DNA from: Sedimentisphaerales bacterium
GTDB lineage: Bacteria; Planctomycetota; Phycisphaerae; Sedimentisphaerales; Anaerobacaceae
DNA length: 64,000 nt
NCBI GenBank assembly: GCA_040772485.1
Contig: JAXGYC010000008.1
Span: 352,001-416,000 of the forward strand
Reading direction: 5' to 3'
Under the pieces are notes generated by a model that saw only the letters and a program-made list of their open reading frames with translations, searched no databases and was not told the origin of the DNA. The translations under genes and the position numbers were made by a program. This document shows, one piece after another, positions 1 to 10,053 of the stretch (positions are counted from its first letter, which is position 1; each line of letters opens with the position of its first letter).

Positions 1-198
1 AGTTATGAAAATCGTGAGCCTGGTTCCGACCATGATGTCGCGATAGACTTCCGGCACGTTGGGATCGGCCGGGGCCAGAGGGGTAACCTCGTCCGCCAGG
101 CAGACACGAGCGGTGACCATCGCCGATGCGGCGGATGCCTGGAGGCCGGCCACAACCAGTGAAAGGACGCAAACAGCGCTGAAGCACGTCTGGCTCAT
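1..198 (-). CDS. Secreted hypothetical protein, 5' part only (runs off window edge)
   Basis: ATG at 198 on minus strand; open to position 1: MSQTCFSAVCVLSLVVAGLQASAASAMVTARVCLADEVTP..., signal-peptide-like hydrophobic N-terminus; not in ORF track because truncated. Confidence 0.6.
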   Translation of the reverse strand, partial: MSQTCFSAVCVLSLVVAGLQASAASAMVTARVCLADEVTPLAPADPNVPEVYRDIMVGTRLTIFIT

Positions 199-417
199 GC
201 AGGTCCGGACCCCCAAAGGCGGTCGAGATCGGATTCCAGCCGCCCGACACGGGACCATCGCTGCTCGCGCGTATTCGATCTCAAACTCCGCATGCTGACA
301 TTATAGGGTCATTCCTGTTCCAGAGCAAGTCATTTGCGCCGGGTCAGGCCTACCAAAGGAGGATGGCTGCGACCTCTCCTCGCAAGACAGGATACGCAGG
401 CGAGAGGCACCGCACGG

Positions 418-612
418 CTACCGATGCAGGGCAGACTCCCGGCGCATCACGAAGTGCTGGCACGTGTCGTCGGCCCAGGTAAACAGGCCCGCCATCCCAT
501 CCGAATCAGCGTCCGTCGGGATCGCCCAAGTGCAGTGGCCCCAGGTGGGCTTCTCGATACACGTCCGCGCTGGGGAGAAGTACCGGCACAATTCACATCG
601 TTGCTCAATCAT
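418..612 (-). CDS. Small Cys-rich hypothetical protein (CxxC...C...C, possible metal/Fe-S binding)
   Basis: MIEQRCELCRYF...WGHC...TWADDTCQHF; start chosen at internal ATG 612 of ORF 418..699. Confidence 0.55.
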   Translation of the reverse strand: MIEQRCELCRYFSPARTCIEKPTWGHCTWAIPTDADSDGMAGLFTWADDTCQHFVMRRESALHR

Positions 613-870
613 CGCTGGTCTTTCGTTGTCTGAAGCAAGCGTTGGCCCATCGCAAGGGGCCGCCTCCAAATCAGCCGGAGGACGAACATGCCGCCTCACA
701 TGTCGCCCTTCAGGACCAGGAGCGTTCCAGAGACAGCAGATGTGGATGCGAAAATCCGACGATTATAACTTTTTCTTTATCAACCTGGCGCTTGGCCCTG
801 TCCCGTCGACCGAATGCGGCCGGACCGGTTGGGCGTCCTGGTAGTGATTGATGATTTTGCGAAATCCGCC

Positions 871-899
871 TTGACAGCACCCCGGAGGGGCTTTATACT
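871..899 (+). promoter_or_regulatory. Sigma70-type promoter of the tRNA pair
   Basis: TTGACA (871-876), 17 bp, TATACT (894-899), 20 nt before tRNA-Met. Confidence 0.85.
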
Positions 900-918
900 G
901 ACCCGACTTGGCAGAATC

Positions 919-992
919 GGCGGCGTAGCTCAGTTGGTTAGAGCGTGGGATTCATAAGCCTAAGGTCGGTGGTTCGAGTCCACCCGCCGCTA
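919..992 (+). tRNA. tRNA-Met (CAT), elongator-like; CCA not encoded
   Basis: Acceptor GGCGGCG/CGCCGCT, D arm GCTC-AGTTGGTTA-GAGC, loop TT-CAT-AA, T arm GGTGG-TTCGAGT-CCACC; paired 1:72 argues against initiator; Ile2 not fully excluded. Confidence 0.9.
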
Positions 993-1053
993 TTGCCGTC
1001 GGCATGGCCTCAGAGGCGTGTCGACGGGTATCGCACGATTGGGTTTCCTTCGT

Positions 1054-1126
1054 GCCCCCTTCGTCTAGTGGCCTAGGATATCAGGTTCTCATCCTGGAGA
1101 CAGGGGTTCGACTCCCCTAGGGGGTA
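1054..1126 (+). tRNA. tRNA-Glu (CTC); CCA not encoded
   Basis: Acceptor GCCCCCT/AGGGGGT, anticodon arm TCAGG-TTCTCAT-CCTGG, T arm AGGGG-TTCGACT-CCCCT. Confidence 0.93.
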
Positions 1127-1178
1127 CTTTGTCATTTTCGATTGATGGTTGACGATTGATTATTGACCTTCCCCGCTC

Positions 1179-1682
1179 ATGATTGGCCCCAATGGCGAAC
1201 CCGCTGCAAGTCCTTCCGATGAGCAGTTCATGCGGAGGGCGATTGACGCCGCGATGATCGCCGAGGAGAACGGCGACGTGCCCATCGGGGCGGTCATCGT
1301 CTATCAGAACCAGGTAATCGGGCGGGCCTGGAACCAACGCGAGCAGCTCAACGACCCGACCGCGCACGCGGAGATCATCGCCCTGACCCAGGCGGCCAGC
1401 TACATCGGAAGCTGGCGGTTGCATGGCTGCACCATCTACGTCACGCTGGAGCCGTGCCCGATGTGCGCCGGCGCCCTGGTGCTCGGCCGGCTCGACCGCC
1501 TCGTCTACGGCTGCCCCGACCCCAAGACCGGCGCCTGCGGCAGCCTCTACGACATCGTCCGCGACGAGCGGCTGAACCACCGCCTCGAAGTCACCTCCGG
1601 CGTCCTCGCCGATGACTGCACCGCCCTGCTCCAGGCCTTCTTCCGCGCCCGCCGGGGCAGCGACGGCACTCCGAAGACATAA
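1179..1682 (+). CDS. tadA: tRNA adenosine(34) deaminase
   Basis: DPTAHAE, TLEPCPMCAGA, DPKTGA motifs. Confidence 0.93.
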   Translation: MIGPNGEPAASPSDEQFMRRAIDAAMIAEENGDVPIGAVIVYQNQVIGRAWNQREQLNDPTAHAEIIALTQAASYIGSWRLHGCTIYVTLEPCPMCAGALVLGRLDRLVYGCPDPKTGACGSLYDIVRDERLNHRLEVTSGVLADDCTALLQAFFRARRGSDGTPKT

Positions 1683-1753
1683 TCGCCGGCCCACGCGCCA
1701 AGCACAAAGCCACTCCGTCTGCGTATCAACAGAACAAGGAAAGGGCGGACCCT

Positions 1754-2701
1754 ATGACAAGAGCGCATCGCAAGGTCGTGGTCGTGGGCGCCGGTTCGGT
1801 GGGAACGACGTACATCTACGCGCTGCTGCAAACCGGCCTGGCCAGCGAGATCGCGTTGATCGATCTGGACGCCAAGCGCGTCGAAGGCGAGATCATGGAC
1901 CTCTCGCACGGCCTGCCGTTCATTCCGCCGGTCTCCGTCAAGGCGGGGACGTACGCCGACTGCGCCGACGCCCATCTGACGGTGATTACGGCGGGCGCCA
2001 AGCAGACGCCGGGACAGTCGCGCATCGAGCTGATCCAGAAGAACGCCGACATCATCCGATCGATCTGCGAGCAGATCCGCCGGTCCGGCCCAACGGGCGT
2101 GATCCTCATGGTCACCAACCCGGTCGACACGCTCACCCAGATCGCGCTGGGCCACCTGGGCCTGCCGCGAGGCAAGGTCATCGGCTCGGGAACCGTGCTG
2201 GACAGCGCCCGATTCAAGTACCTGCTCAGCCAGCATTGCGGGATCGACGCGAGGAACGTCCATGCGTACATCCTGGGCGAGCACGGTGACAGCGAGGTGC
2301 CCGCGTGGAGCATGACCCACATCGCAGGCATCCCCATCCGCGAGTACTGCGAGATCTGCAAGGTCTGTGACTACCCCAGGCACCACGAGGAGATCGCTCG
2401 AGAGGTCCGCGATTCGGCCTATCACATCATCGATTACAAGGGCTCGACCTTCTATGGGATCGGGCTGTCACTGCTGCGAATCTCCGGCGCGATCCTGCGG
2501 AACGAGCACAGCGTGCTGACTGTATCGACGCTGCTTCAGGGCGAGTACGGCCTGCAAGACATCTGCCTGAGTGTCCCCTGCATCGTGGGCGAGGACGGCG
2601 TGGAACGCATCGTCGCCGCCCGTCTGGAGCCGGAGGAACAGAAAGGCCTGGAACAGTCCGCCCAAGTTCTGCGGAGCGTTCTTGGGAAGGTTTCGGTGTA
2701 G
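1754..2701 (+). CDS. ldh: L-lactate dehydrogenase
   Basis: GAGSVG Rossmann motif, TAGAKQTPGQSR, LDSARF, LGEHGDS. Confidence 0.92.
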   Translation: MTRAHRKVVVVGAGSVGTTYIYALLQTGLASEIALIDLDAKRVEGEIMDLSHGLPFIPPVSVKAGTYADCADAHLTVITAGAKQTPGQSRIELIQKNADIIRSICEQIRRSGPTGVILMVTNPVDTLTQIALGHLGLPRGKVIGSGTVLDSARFKYLLSQHCGIDARNVHAYILGEHGDSEVPAWSMTHIAGIPIREYCEICKVCDYPRHHEEIAREVRDSAYHIIDYKGSTFYGIGLSLLRISGAILRNEHSVLTVSTLLQGEYGLQDICLSVPCIVGEDGVERIVAARLEPEEQKGLEQSAQVLRSVLGKVSV

Positions 2702-2843
2702 CCAACCAACCCCCGCGGTCCGCCGCGGTTTTCGATAGCGCCCCCGCTTTCGGGACCCGGGGCTTTCGTCTATCCACAGGCGCCCGTATAATGACTGCCC
2801 ATCATCGACTCAATTGCGGCACGTTCTACATGGAGAACGAGAC

Positions 2844-3452
2844 ATGAAACGGATCGGCAAGCTGTTCGTCCAGGGGCTGATGGCGATTCTGCCCATCGTG
2901 GTGACGCTGTATCTGGTCTACTGGCTGGCCACGACGGCGGAATCCGTCCTCGGCCGGATCATCCGATACGTCATCGGGGATGCCTATGTCCCCGGCCTCG
3001 GCGTGCTGTTCGGGCTTCTCATCACGCTGGGTGTCGGCCTGCTTCTTCAGTTGTGGCTGTTTCGCAAGGTCTTCTCGCTGGGCGAGGCGCTGCTGCAGAG
3101 AATCCCAGGGATCAAGTCCCTGTACGGCTCCGTACGCGACCTGGTCGGCTTCTTCGATTCGTCGAAGCAGAAAGACTTCGACAAGACCGTCATGGTCGCC
3201 ATTGGCGACGACAAGACCCGGCTGATGGGCCTGGTGACGCGGGAGAGTTTCGACGATCTGCCCGAGGGCATCGGGGATGACCAGACGGTGGCGGTCTACC
3301 TGCCGATGAGCTATCAGTTGGGCGGATTCACGGTCATGGTTCCGAAAGACAAGATTCATCCGGTCGATCTGAAGGTGGATCAGGCCATGCAATTCGTGCT
3401 GACGGCGGGCGTCTCGGCCGAGGACAAGGGCAAGAAGAGGCCGACTCCATGA
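2844..3452 (+). CDS. DUF502-family membrane protein
   Basis: Two N-terminal TM helices, RIPGIKSLY, VYLPMSYQLGG, AMQFVLTAG; GGAG RBS before ATG 2844. Confidence 0.8.
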   Translation: MKRIGKLFVQGLMAILPIVVTLYLVYWLATTAESVLGRIIRYVIGDAYVPGLGVLFGLLITLGVGLLLQLWLFRKVFSLGEALLQRIPGIKSLYGSVRDLVGFFDSSKQKDFDKTVMVAIGDDKTRLMGLVTRESFDDLPEGIGDDQTVAVYLPMSYQLGGFTVMVPKDKIHPVDLKVDQAMQFVLTAGVSAEDKGKKRPTP

Positions 3453-3479
3453 CGCCTCGCCTCCGTCTCGGGGCAACTC

Positions 3480-4262
3480 TCACTTGTGTTGACATTGCGG
3501 ACACCAGTACGCGGTTCGTCCCGCCACGGTCCGCCGCATCAGGGCGGCCCGGCACCTCGGACAGCGTCCCTCCCGCTCGCGGTGCGGCAGGAGACAGGAT
3601 TGCGGCATTGCCCACGGGTCGGCTTCTCGCTCGATCGCCATCCGCAGGACCTTCCGGGTGTTGCGGTACAAGCACGCTGCCTGCCCCGTCGTAAGCCGGT
3701 GGCCGGGAAAGGTCGGATGAATGCGGCTGCGAAACAGGATCTCGTCGGAGTAGAGGTTCCCGATGCCTGCGACCTGCGACTGATCCATGAGGATCGACTT
3801 GATTGTGGCCCTCGACCGGCGCACGCGTGAGGCAAACTCCTCTCCAGAGACGGCCATCGCATCGGGCCCGAGCCTCTTGTCGGCAACGAATCCCTCCACG
3901 GATTTCGCCAGTGTGATTCGCCCGAACAGTCTCGCGCAGACAAAGGCCAGGCTGTACTCGTCGGCAAAGACGAACACCACCCGGTCGTGTGGTCCCGTCC
4001 GGCGCTGCCTGCCAAAGTCCAGATAGCCCGTCATGCCGAAGTGCAGGACCAGCCACGGGGAGCCATCTACCTCGACGAACAGGTGCTTGCCGTGCCGCGC
4101 CGTGGAATGGAACGACCGGCCCTGGAGGGCTCGTTTGAGTCTCTGCGGGGAGAGGTCGTTGAGGACACGCCGGTTGAACACCCTGACGTCAACCAACCTC
4201 CGCTGCAGTGACGTCTCGTCCACAAACCTGCGAAATATCTCCACATCGGGCAGTTCCGGCAT
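3480..4262 (-). CDS. Fpg/Nei-family DNA glycosylase/AP lyase
   Basis: MPELPDVE N-terminus, RHGKHL, LHFGMTG, GIGNLYSDE (H2TH), CPRC..CPQC zinc finger. Confidence 0.9.
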   Translation of the reverse strand: MPELPDVEIFRRFVDETSLQRRLVDVRVFNRRVLNDLSPQRLKRALQGRSFHSTARHGKHLFVEVDGSPWLVLHFGMTGYLDFGRQRRTGPHDRVVFVFADEYSLAFVCARLFGRITLAKSVEGFVADKRLGPDAMAVSGEEFASRVRRSRATIKSILMDQSQVAGIGNLYSDEILFRSRIHPTFPGHRLTTGQAACLYRNTRKVLRMAIEREADPWAMPQSCLLPHREREGRCPRCRAALMRRTVAGRTAYWCPQCQHK

Positions 4263-4316
4263 GTTGTCTCCCCTTGCCGATTCGAGGTCGCGCCCATCCG
4301 TCAATGCGTGAGCCCG

Positions 4317-5063
4317 TCACATCCAAGGTGTGAGCAGACCGCCGGAGTCCAACAGCTCAACTTCGTACTCGCGACCGGCCGGCTCTCGTTCCGCATCGAG
4401 ATCGGGACAGGCAGGACAGCGGCAGACCTTCTGCCTGGAGACCTCGATCCACACCTCGCGCTGCTCCCAGCTCATCTGGCGCACCCATTGGGGCGACAGC
4501 AGAACCTGTCGTCCGGGCAGCCAGTTTCGCGTGTCCGCGACCAGGTACCGAATCACCCAGTCGCTGTCGGTGATGACAAAGTCCTCCAGATGGCCGATCG
4601 GGCCATCCAGGGCGTGGATGTGATACCCGATCACCTCGCGGGCGCTGTGCAGGTTCGGGTCGCTCCCGGCCGCCTTCTCGACCGCCTCGGGCGCGGCAGG
4701 AATGGGAACCGGCACGGCGCCGACCCAATCGCCGCCCATGCCCCAGTATGGAATCCAGTCATAATATGTGTGCAGTTCGATCTCCCGCTGCCGGGACACG
4801 GGCCTGTCCGCATCGATATCCGGGGCGCTGCGGATCTGCTCTTTGGTCAACGCCACCGAGAAAGCCCGCTCCTGCCGGCGGGGCCGGCCCAGCGACGTCG
4901 CCGCAATCAGTACCTTGCGTCCGGGCAGCCACGAGCCCGTATCGACGACCAGATATCGAATGGCCCACGTATGGCCGTCAAATAGAAGGGTATGGACTCT
5001 TCCGATGTGCCCGTCGTTGGCCCGGATCGTGAAACCCCGCAAACTCCTGACGCTGCGTAACAT
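4317..5063 (-). CDS. Tandem PRC-barrel domain protein
   Basis: Two repeats of 'I.A.DG.IG....D..W.IRYLV.DT..WLPGR.VL'; AAGGAG before ATG 5063. Confidence 0.85.
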   Translation of the reverse strand: MLRSVRSLRGFTIRANDGHIGRVHTLLFDGHTWAIRYLVVDTGSWLPGRKVLIAATSLGRPRRQERAFSVALTKEQIRSAPDIDADRPVSRQREIELHTYYDWIPYWGMGGDWVGAVPVPIPAAPEAVEKAAGSDPNLHSAREVIGYHIHALDGPIGHLEDFVITDSDWVIRYLVADTRNWLPGRQVLLSPQWVRQMSWEQREVWIEVSRQKVCRCPACPDLDAEREPAGREYEVELLDSGGLLTPWM

Positions 5064-5353
5064 GGTTTCGTCTCCTTCGACAGGTCTTTTCGCCACGATG
5101 GTACTTCCCTTGTGTATGATGCGCATCCCTCGCGGATGAACCAATGAGGTTTTTGCTCGATCCGGACCTCGAATCCCGATCCAGCGCAACTGCGGTCTTG
5201 CCTGATTCAAATCGAGGAAATCCCTCTCTTCCACATCCGTTGCGGCTGGCCTATGGTGAAAGAGAGTGATTTGCGACCGTCCAGTCCTCCTGGAACGGAC
5301 GGCGCAGAGGCCTCTTGTCACATATCGAGCGGCAAGATGGGAGGAGTGCAACG

Positions 5354-5671
5354 ATGGGTGCACACAAGACGACACCGTGGTTTGTGCTGAACGCACCGGA
5401 ACTCGGACAAGCCTTCGTCGACTTCCGCCGGGTGTGCGAAAAAGGCGGGGTCCTCGACAGAAAGACCAAGGAACTGCTGATGCTCGTGATGGCGTGCGCG
5501 TCACGCTCGGCGTACAATGCCGAGGAGCACCTTCGCGGCGCGTTCGAGGCCGGCGCGACGAAAGAGGAGATTACCGAGGCGCTGATGATCGCCGCCGCAG
5601 AGGACGCCGGCGCACAACTGACGTGGAATCGCCAGATCGTGGCCAAGTATTTCGGAAACGGCAAACCCTGA
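5354..5671 (+). CDS. Carboxymuconolactone decarboxylase/AhpD-like protein
   Basis: GVLDRKTKELL...H..GA..AGATKEEI.EA pattern; GAGGAG RBS. Confidence 0.8.
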   Translation: MGAHKTTPWFVLNAPELGQAFVDFRRVCEKGGVLDRKTKELLMLVMACASRSAYNAEEHLRGAFEAGATKEEITEALMIAAAEDAGAQLTWNRQIVAKYFGNGKP

Positions 5672-5775
5672 GCGGGTCGAACGCGTACGGACCGTGAAAC
5701 CAGCCGGAAGGTGGGACGTACCGCAGCAGGAACCAGGAACGTCAGAACGGAGATGACAGCAAAGGAGTAGAAACG

Positions 5776-6171
5776 ATGGGTAATCTCAGCGAACACATCC
5801 AGAAGGCGGACTGGAAAAAGGAAAAACACGTACCTGTGATCGAGTGCCCGGACTCCGTCAAGGCCAACGAGGTCTTCGAGGCAAAGGTCACGCTGGGCAA
5901 GGAAGTGGCCCACCCCAACACGACAGAGCATCACATTCGCTGGATCACCCTGTACTACCACGACGAAGGCGGCAAGTTCCCCCACGAAGTCGCCCACATC
6001 GAGTTCAACGCCCACGGCGAATCGGTGGAAGGCCCGAATCAGGGCCCGGTGTACGCCCATCACGAGGCCATAGCCACCCTGCGTATCGCCAAGTCGGGCG
6101 TCCTGCACGCCATCGCCTACTGCAATATCCACGGTCTGTGGGAGTCGAGCAAGCCCATCAAGGTGAGCTGA
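5776..6171 (+). CDS. Superoxide reductase (neelaredoxin-type, 1Fe-SOR)
   Basis: EKHVP, HPNTTEHHIRWI, YCNIHGLW iron ligands; AAGGAG RBS. Confidence 0.92.
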   Translation: MGNLSEHIQKADWKKEKHVPVIECPDSVKANEVFEAKVTLGKEVAHPNTTEHHIRWITLYYHDEGGKFPHEVAHIEFNAHGESVEGPNQGPVYAHHEAIATLRIAKSGVLHAIAYCNIHGLWESSKPIKVS

Positions 6172-6208
6172 CCGCATCGGTCGGCCGGGCAGCCACAGGG
6201 GCCTGCCC

Positions 6209-8563
6209 CTACGGGCCAATGCGCAATTCGGCAAACAAGGGACGATGGTCCGACGCGGTGCGCGCCAGGTAGTCGCTGCCCACGTCGACCGCCACAACCT
6301 GGATCTGTGGACTGATGAAAATGTGGTCGATTCTTGCGAAAGGGACGTGGCCGAACCAGGTCCCTCGCGGGGTATGAGCGGCCGCAGCGACTTGGGCGTC
6401 TCGAAGGGTTTCCACGCAGAGTCTCCAGATGGGCGATCGCGGAGACGCATTGAAGTCGCCGCAGAAAACAAAGGGTTCCGCCTGCCCGTTGCCTCCGATC
6501 CAGTCGGAACCGAGCAGGGCTTCGATCTGCATGCGTTTCTCGCCGGCAGTCAGGCCCAGGTGGGTGTTGACGAGGTGGACGGTCGCTCCGCCCACCTCCA
6601 GGGCGACCCACAAGGCCCCGCGCGGCTCGACGAAGGAGCCGGCGGCGGGCATGGGAAGGGCCGCCGCCTTGACCAGCCGCATCGGGAGCCGGCTGAGAAC
6701 GCAGTCGCCGTACGCCTCTTCTGCGATCCGCATCGCCGGGTGAAAATGGTACTCCATCTCCAGGCAGCGCGCGATCAGCTCGGCCTGGTCGGCGTGCCCG
6801 GTCCGCAGGCGACCCACATCGACCTCCTGGAGCGCCACGACGTCCGGCCGATATCGCGAGATGACCCGGGCGATGCGATGGGGAGAGAGCTTGCCGTCGA
6901 TCCCGATGCAGGTGTGGACGTTGTAGGTTACCACGCGCAGCGTCCGCTCCCTCGCGACGGGCTCAGCGGCAAGCGCCCGCTCAGCCGCCGCACGGCCCAG
7001 ATGAATCAGGGCCGCCTGCCGCAGACTCAGCGGCCGCGGATACCCCTGCTTTCGACACGGCAGCGGAGCATCGTCCGGCGCCAGCAGAAACGCGTGCGTC
7101 TCCTCCAGGCCGGGCCCGGCGTGCGAGCCGCCCTCCAGCGGAAACGTGAGACTGCGTCCCGTCCGCGTCCAGCCTGAGATGACGAAGTCCCCTGCGTCCG
7201 GATGGTGACACAGTGCGATCAGGTCCTCCGTCACTTCCTCCAGGAACGGATGATCGGCCGGCAGCAGAGAACCCGCCTCCTCCGGCAGGCGGAACGATCC
7301 TTCTTTCGTCCACACCCGTGCCTTGCCCGGCCCGTCAGCGGTCAGGACCAGAGGAATCTCCGCGCGATCCACCAGCGCCCGTGCCAGATCAGAACGCCGC
7401 TCCGGCCCGATGGGTTCGCCGAGATAGACGTGCCCCACCGGTCCCATGGAGGTGACGACGACTTTGTCCCTCTCGGCGGACGGCGCCTGATTCGCCGGGT
7501 GTCTCATGTATGCACCGAGACGCTTGGACTGGACGCCGCGATTGTCCGCCAGCGGCGCGATCGCCGTGTCGAGGACCTCCGCCACCACCTCCTGCACGCT
7601 GCGCCCCTGCTCGCGGGCATAGGACCGCGTCTCTTCGTTGCCGTGATCGGAGAAGATCCACACATCGTAGTCGCGCCGCGGGGACCGTTGCGCCGCCTTC
7701 CAGATTCGGGCGATCGCGCCGTCGATCCCCTTGAGCGACCAGTGCGCGAATCGCGACGTCGGGCCGCGACGATGGCTCTGCTCGTCGTAACCGACGAAAT
7801 CGACATAGACGATCGGCAGCCCGCGCGTCACGTCCATCTTGGCTCCGATGGCGGCCAGCTCGCGCATCAGGATGCAGACCCCCGCGCGGGACGGAACGAA
7901 CTTGATTTCCTTCCACAGGTCGCGACCAGCGATGAGTCCGCGCAGGCAATCCACCAGCGCCAGGAAGAACTCCACCACGAGGAGCACCCCGGTGCGAAGC
8001 GCGCTGTAGAGGTTCAGCAACACCAGCAGGGCCACGCGCAGCGGATGGCCGAGTCTGAACAGGTCGCTCCAGTCCATGGAGGCGGCGCACAGATGGCTCT
8101 CGGCAGCGCCCCCGGTGTAGATCGAGGCATAGGCGCTGCCTCCGGCGAGCAACGGCTCGCCCTGCTGCTTCAGACGCTGCTCGACCGCTCTGGCGGAATC
8201 GGGCTCGAACATCCGACAGACGCGGCCGGTCGCGCGGTCGAAGAAGCTGAACGCCGGAACCGCCCCCTTGACGCCGTACAGCAGCTCGGCCGTCACCGCC
8301 GGCGTGCTCGAAGGCAGGCCGCTGTACAGCGAGTCGAGACGGTACTTGTGCTTCTGCATCAACTGCCGCAGAAAAGGCAGATTCCCCCGGGCCATCGCCC
8401 GCTCCAGTTGCCGACGGCTGAGCCCGTCGATCTGGATCAGCACAAGCCCCCGCGACGAGGGCACATCCTTCGACTTCGGCAGCCCCAGCAGCCGGACCAG
8501 CAGCTCGCTGCGGCTGAGCCGATGTCGCGACCTCCTGACGAACGTTTCCACGAAATTCAGCAT
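6209..8563 (-). CDS. Alkaline-phosphatase/nucleotide-pyrophosphatase-like domain fused to a C-terminal endonuclease/exonuclease/phosphatase domain
   Basis: IQIDGLS..., SDHG, GSHAG; C-terminal TYNVH, LQEVD, GDFN, RIDHIF, SDHRP. Confidence 0.82.
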   Translation of the reverse strand: MLNFVETFVRRSRHRLSRSELLVRLLGLPKSKDVPSSRGLVLIQIDGLSRRQLERAMARGNLPFLRQLMQKHKYRLDSLYSGLPSSTPAVTAELLYGVKGAVPAFSFFDRATGRVCRMFEPDSARAVEQRLKQQGEPLLAGGSAYASIYTGGAAESHLCAASMDWSDLFRLGHPLRVALLVLLNLYSALRTGVLLVVEFFLALVDCLRGLIAGRDLWKEIKFVPSRAGVCILMRELAAIGAKMDVTRGLPIVYVDFVGYDEQSHRRGPTSRFAHWSLKGIDGAIARIWKAAQRSPRRDYDVWIFSDHGNEETRSYAREQGRSVQEVVAEVLDTAIAPLADNRGVQSKRLGAYMRHPANQAPSAERDKVVVTSMGPVGHVYLGEPIGPERRSDLARALVDRAEIPLVLTADGPGKARVWTKEGSFRLPEEAGSLLPADHPFLEEVTEDLIALCHHPDAGDFVISGWTRTGRSLTFPLEGGSHAGPGLEETHAFLLAPDDAPLPCRKQGYPRPLSLRQAALIHLGRAAAERALAAEPVARERTLRVVTYNVHTCIGIDGKLSPHRIARVISRYRPDVVALQEVDVGRLRTGHADQAELIARCLEMEYHFHPAMRIAEEAYGDCVLSRLPMRLVKAAALPMPAAGSFVEPRGALWVALEVGGATVHLVNTHLGLTAGEKRMQIEALLGSDWIGGNGQAEPFVFCGDFNASPRSPIWRLCVETLRDAQVAAAAHTPRGTWFGHVPFARIDHIFISPQIQVVAVDVGSDYLARTASDHRPLFAELRIGP

Positions 8564-8591
8564 GCGATCTCACGGGCTGGACGCCGCGCGT

Positions 8592-9848
8592 CTACCGAAA
8601 GGTGTGACTGGCCGCTTCGGCGATGTTTTTGAGCAGCTCCCACTCGGCCTTGATCTCCTCGATCGCGCCGCCCCAGGCGCTCTCGTCCTTTGACTCGCGC
8701 CCCTCGCGAGCCAGCACCTTCTCATAGACCTCCACCAGCCGCTGCGCGGACTTGCCCATCGTGAACTCGGCGGCGGTCGCCCGGGCTGCCTGCCTGTAGG
8801 CGTTCTTCTCTTCGCGCGTCGCTTGGGCGATCCCTTCGAGGGCCTCGGCAAACGCCCTCGCGTCCTCCGAACGGATGAGCCGGCCGTTCTCCCGATCCCT
8901 GACCACCTCGCGGACGCCGGGCGCGTCGATCGCCACCACCGGCCGACCGGCCGCCATCGCCTCCGTCAGCACCATCCCCTGCGTTTCCGTGTGCGAGGCA
9001 AAGACGAACACATCCATCGCGTGATAGGCGTCGATCAGCGCCTGTCCCTCCAGCGAGCCGACGAGGCGCAGCCGGTCGGAGTTCCTCTGGCGGTCGAAGA
9101 CCTCGCGCACATTCTGCTCGGACGGGCCCGACCCGACAACCAGAAAATGGCCGTCTACGACCCGCGCGACAAACCGCCCGACCGCCTCGGCCAGGAACGA
9201 GAGGTTCTTCTCCGGCGCCAGACGGCCCACGTATCCGGCGACAAAGGCCTGCTCGGGAATCCCCCGGAGTCGCCGGAAGGCGCGCCCGTCGCCGCGCTCG
9301 AATCGCTCGGCATACACGCCCGTCGGGACGATGTCGATGGGCGCCTCGACGCCGCGTGCCTGAATGATGTCGGCAACCGATCCGCTCGGCGCGATGACGT
9401 GATCGCACAGATTGCAGTATCCGGTCACGAAGTTGATCACGAACTGGTGCAACCGCTTGGCGTGCGCCGGCACATAGTGCAGATAGTGCTCGTACATGGT
9501 GTGGTAGGTGAACACCAACGGGCACTCGAAGCGACTGGCGATGCGAACGGCGGTGCCTCCGAGCAGATGCGGGTGGTGGGAATGAACGATGTCCGGCTTG
9601 AATTCCTCCAGGCGGGTGGAAAGGTATCCCGGAACCGGCAACACCAGCGAGAAATCGCTGCCGTTGAAATGCTGGATCGCCGGAATGCGGATCACATCCT
9701 CCTCCGATTCGGGCGCGCCCTCGAACTGCGGCGCGACGACCACCACCCGATGGCCCATCTTTCGCAGCTCGTCGGTAAACGCCGTGACCGACCGCGACAC
9801 GCCTCCGACGAAGGGAGTGAACGTGTTGGTCATCATCAAGACATTCAT
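8592..9848 (-). CDS. GT4-family glycosyltransferase
   Basis: GGVSRSV, HSHHP, YVGRLAPEKN, ETQGMVLTEAMAAG. Confidence 0.9.
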   Translation of the reverse strand: MNVLMMTNTFTPFVGGVSRSVTAFTDELRKMGHRVVVVAPQFEGAPESEEDVIRIPAIQHFNGSDFSLVLPVPGYLSTRLEEFKPDIVHSHHPHLLGGTAVRIASRFECPLVFTYHTMYEHYLHYVPAHAKRLHQFVINFVTGYCNLCDHVIAPSGSVADIIQARGVEAPIDIVPTGVYAERFERGDGRAFRRLRGIPEQAFVAGYVGRLAPEKNLSFLAEAVGRFVARVVDGHFLVVGSGPSEQNVREVFDRQRNSDRLRLVGSLEGQALIDAYHAMDVFVFASHTETQGMVLTEAMAAGRPVVAIDAPGVREVVRDRENGRLIRSEDARAFAEALEGIAQATREEKNAYRQAARATAAEFTMGKSAQRLVEVYEKVLAREGRESKDESAWGGAIEEIKAEWELLKNIAEAASHTFR

Positions 9849-10053
9849 GCCGGACTGTCTCCAACGTCCCAGACATCGAGTCCCAGCCCCGCGACTCTTG
9901 GGATCAGGCCCCGCGCGGGTTTCCGCTTCGCCCTCGCCCAATATCCCCTGTCAGTACGTCACGGCAGCCGGGCAGGTTCTCGCATCCGTCGGCAGCCATC
10001 CCCCAGCGTCCAGGAACGGCCGACGGTGTGTGTGAGAACATTTGGGCATGCGT

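Noticed and set aside
919..1126. tRNA-anchored genomic island or prophage
   Set aside because: No integrase and no duplicated tRNA 3' end found in the window; housekeeping genes follow directly
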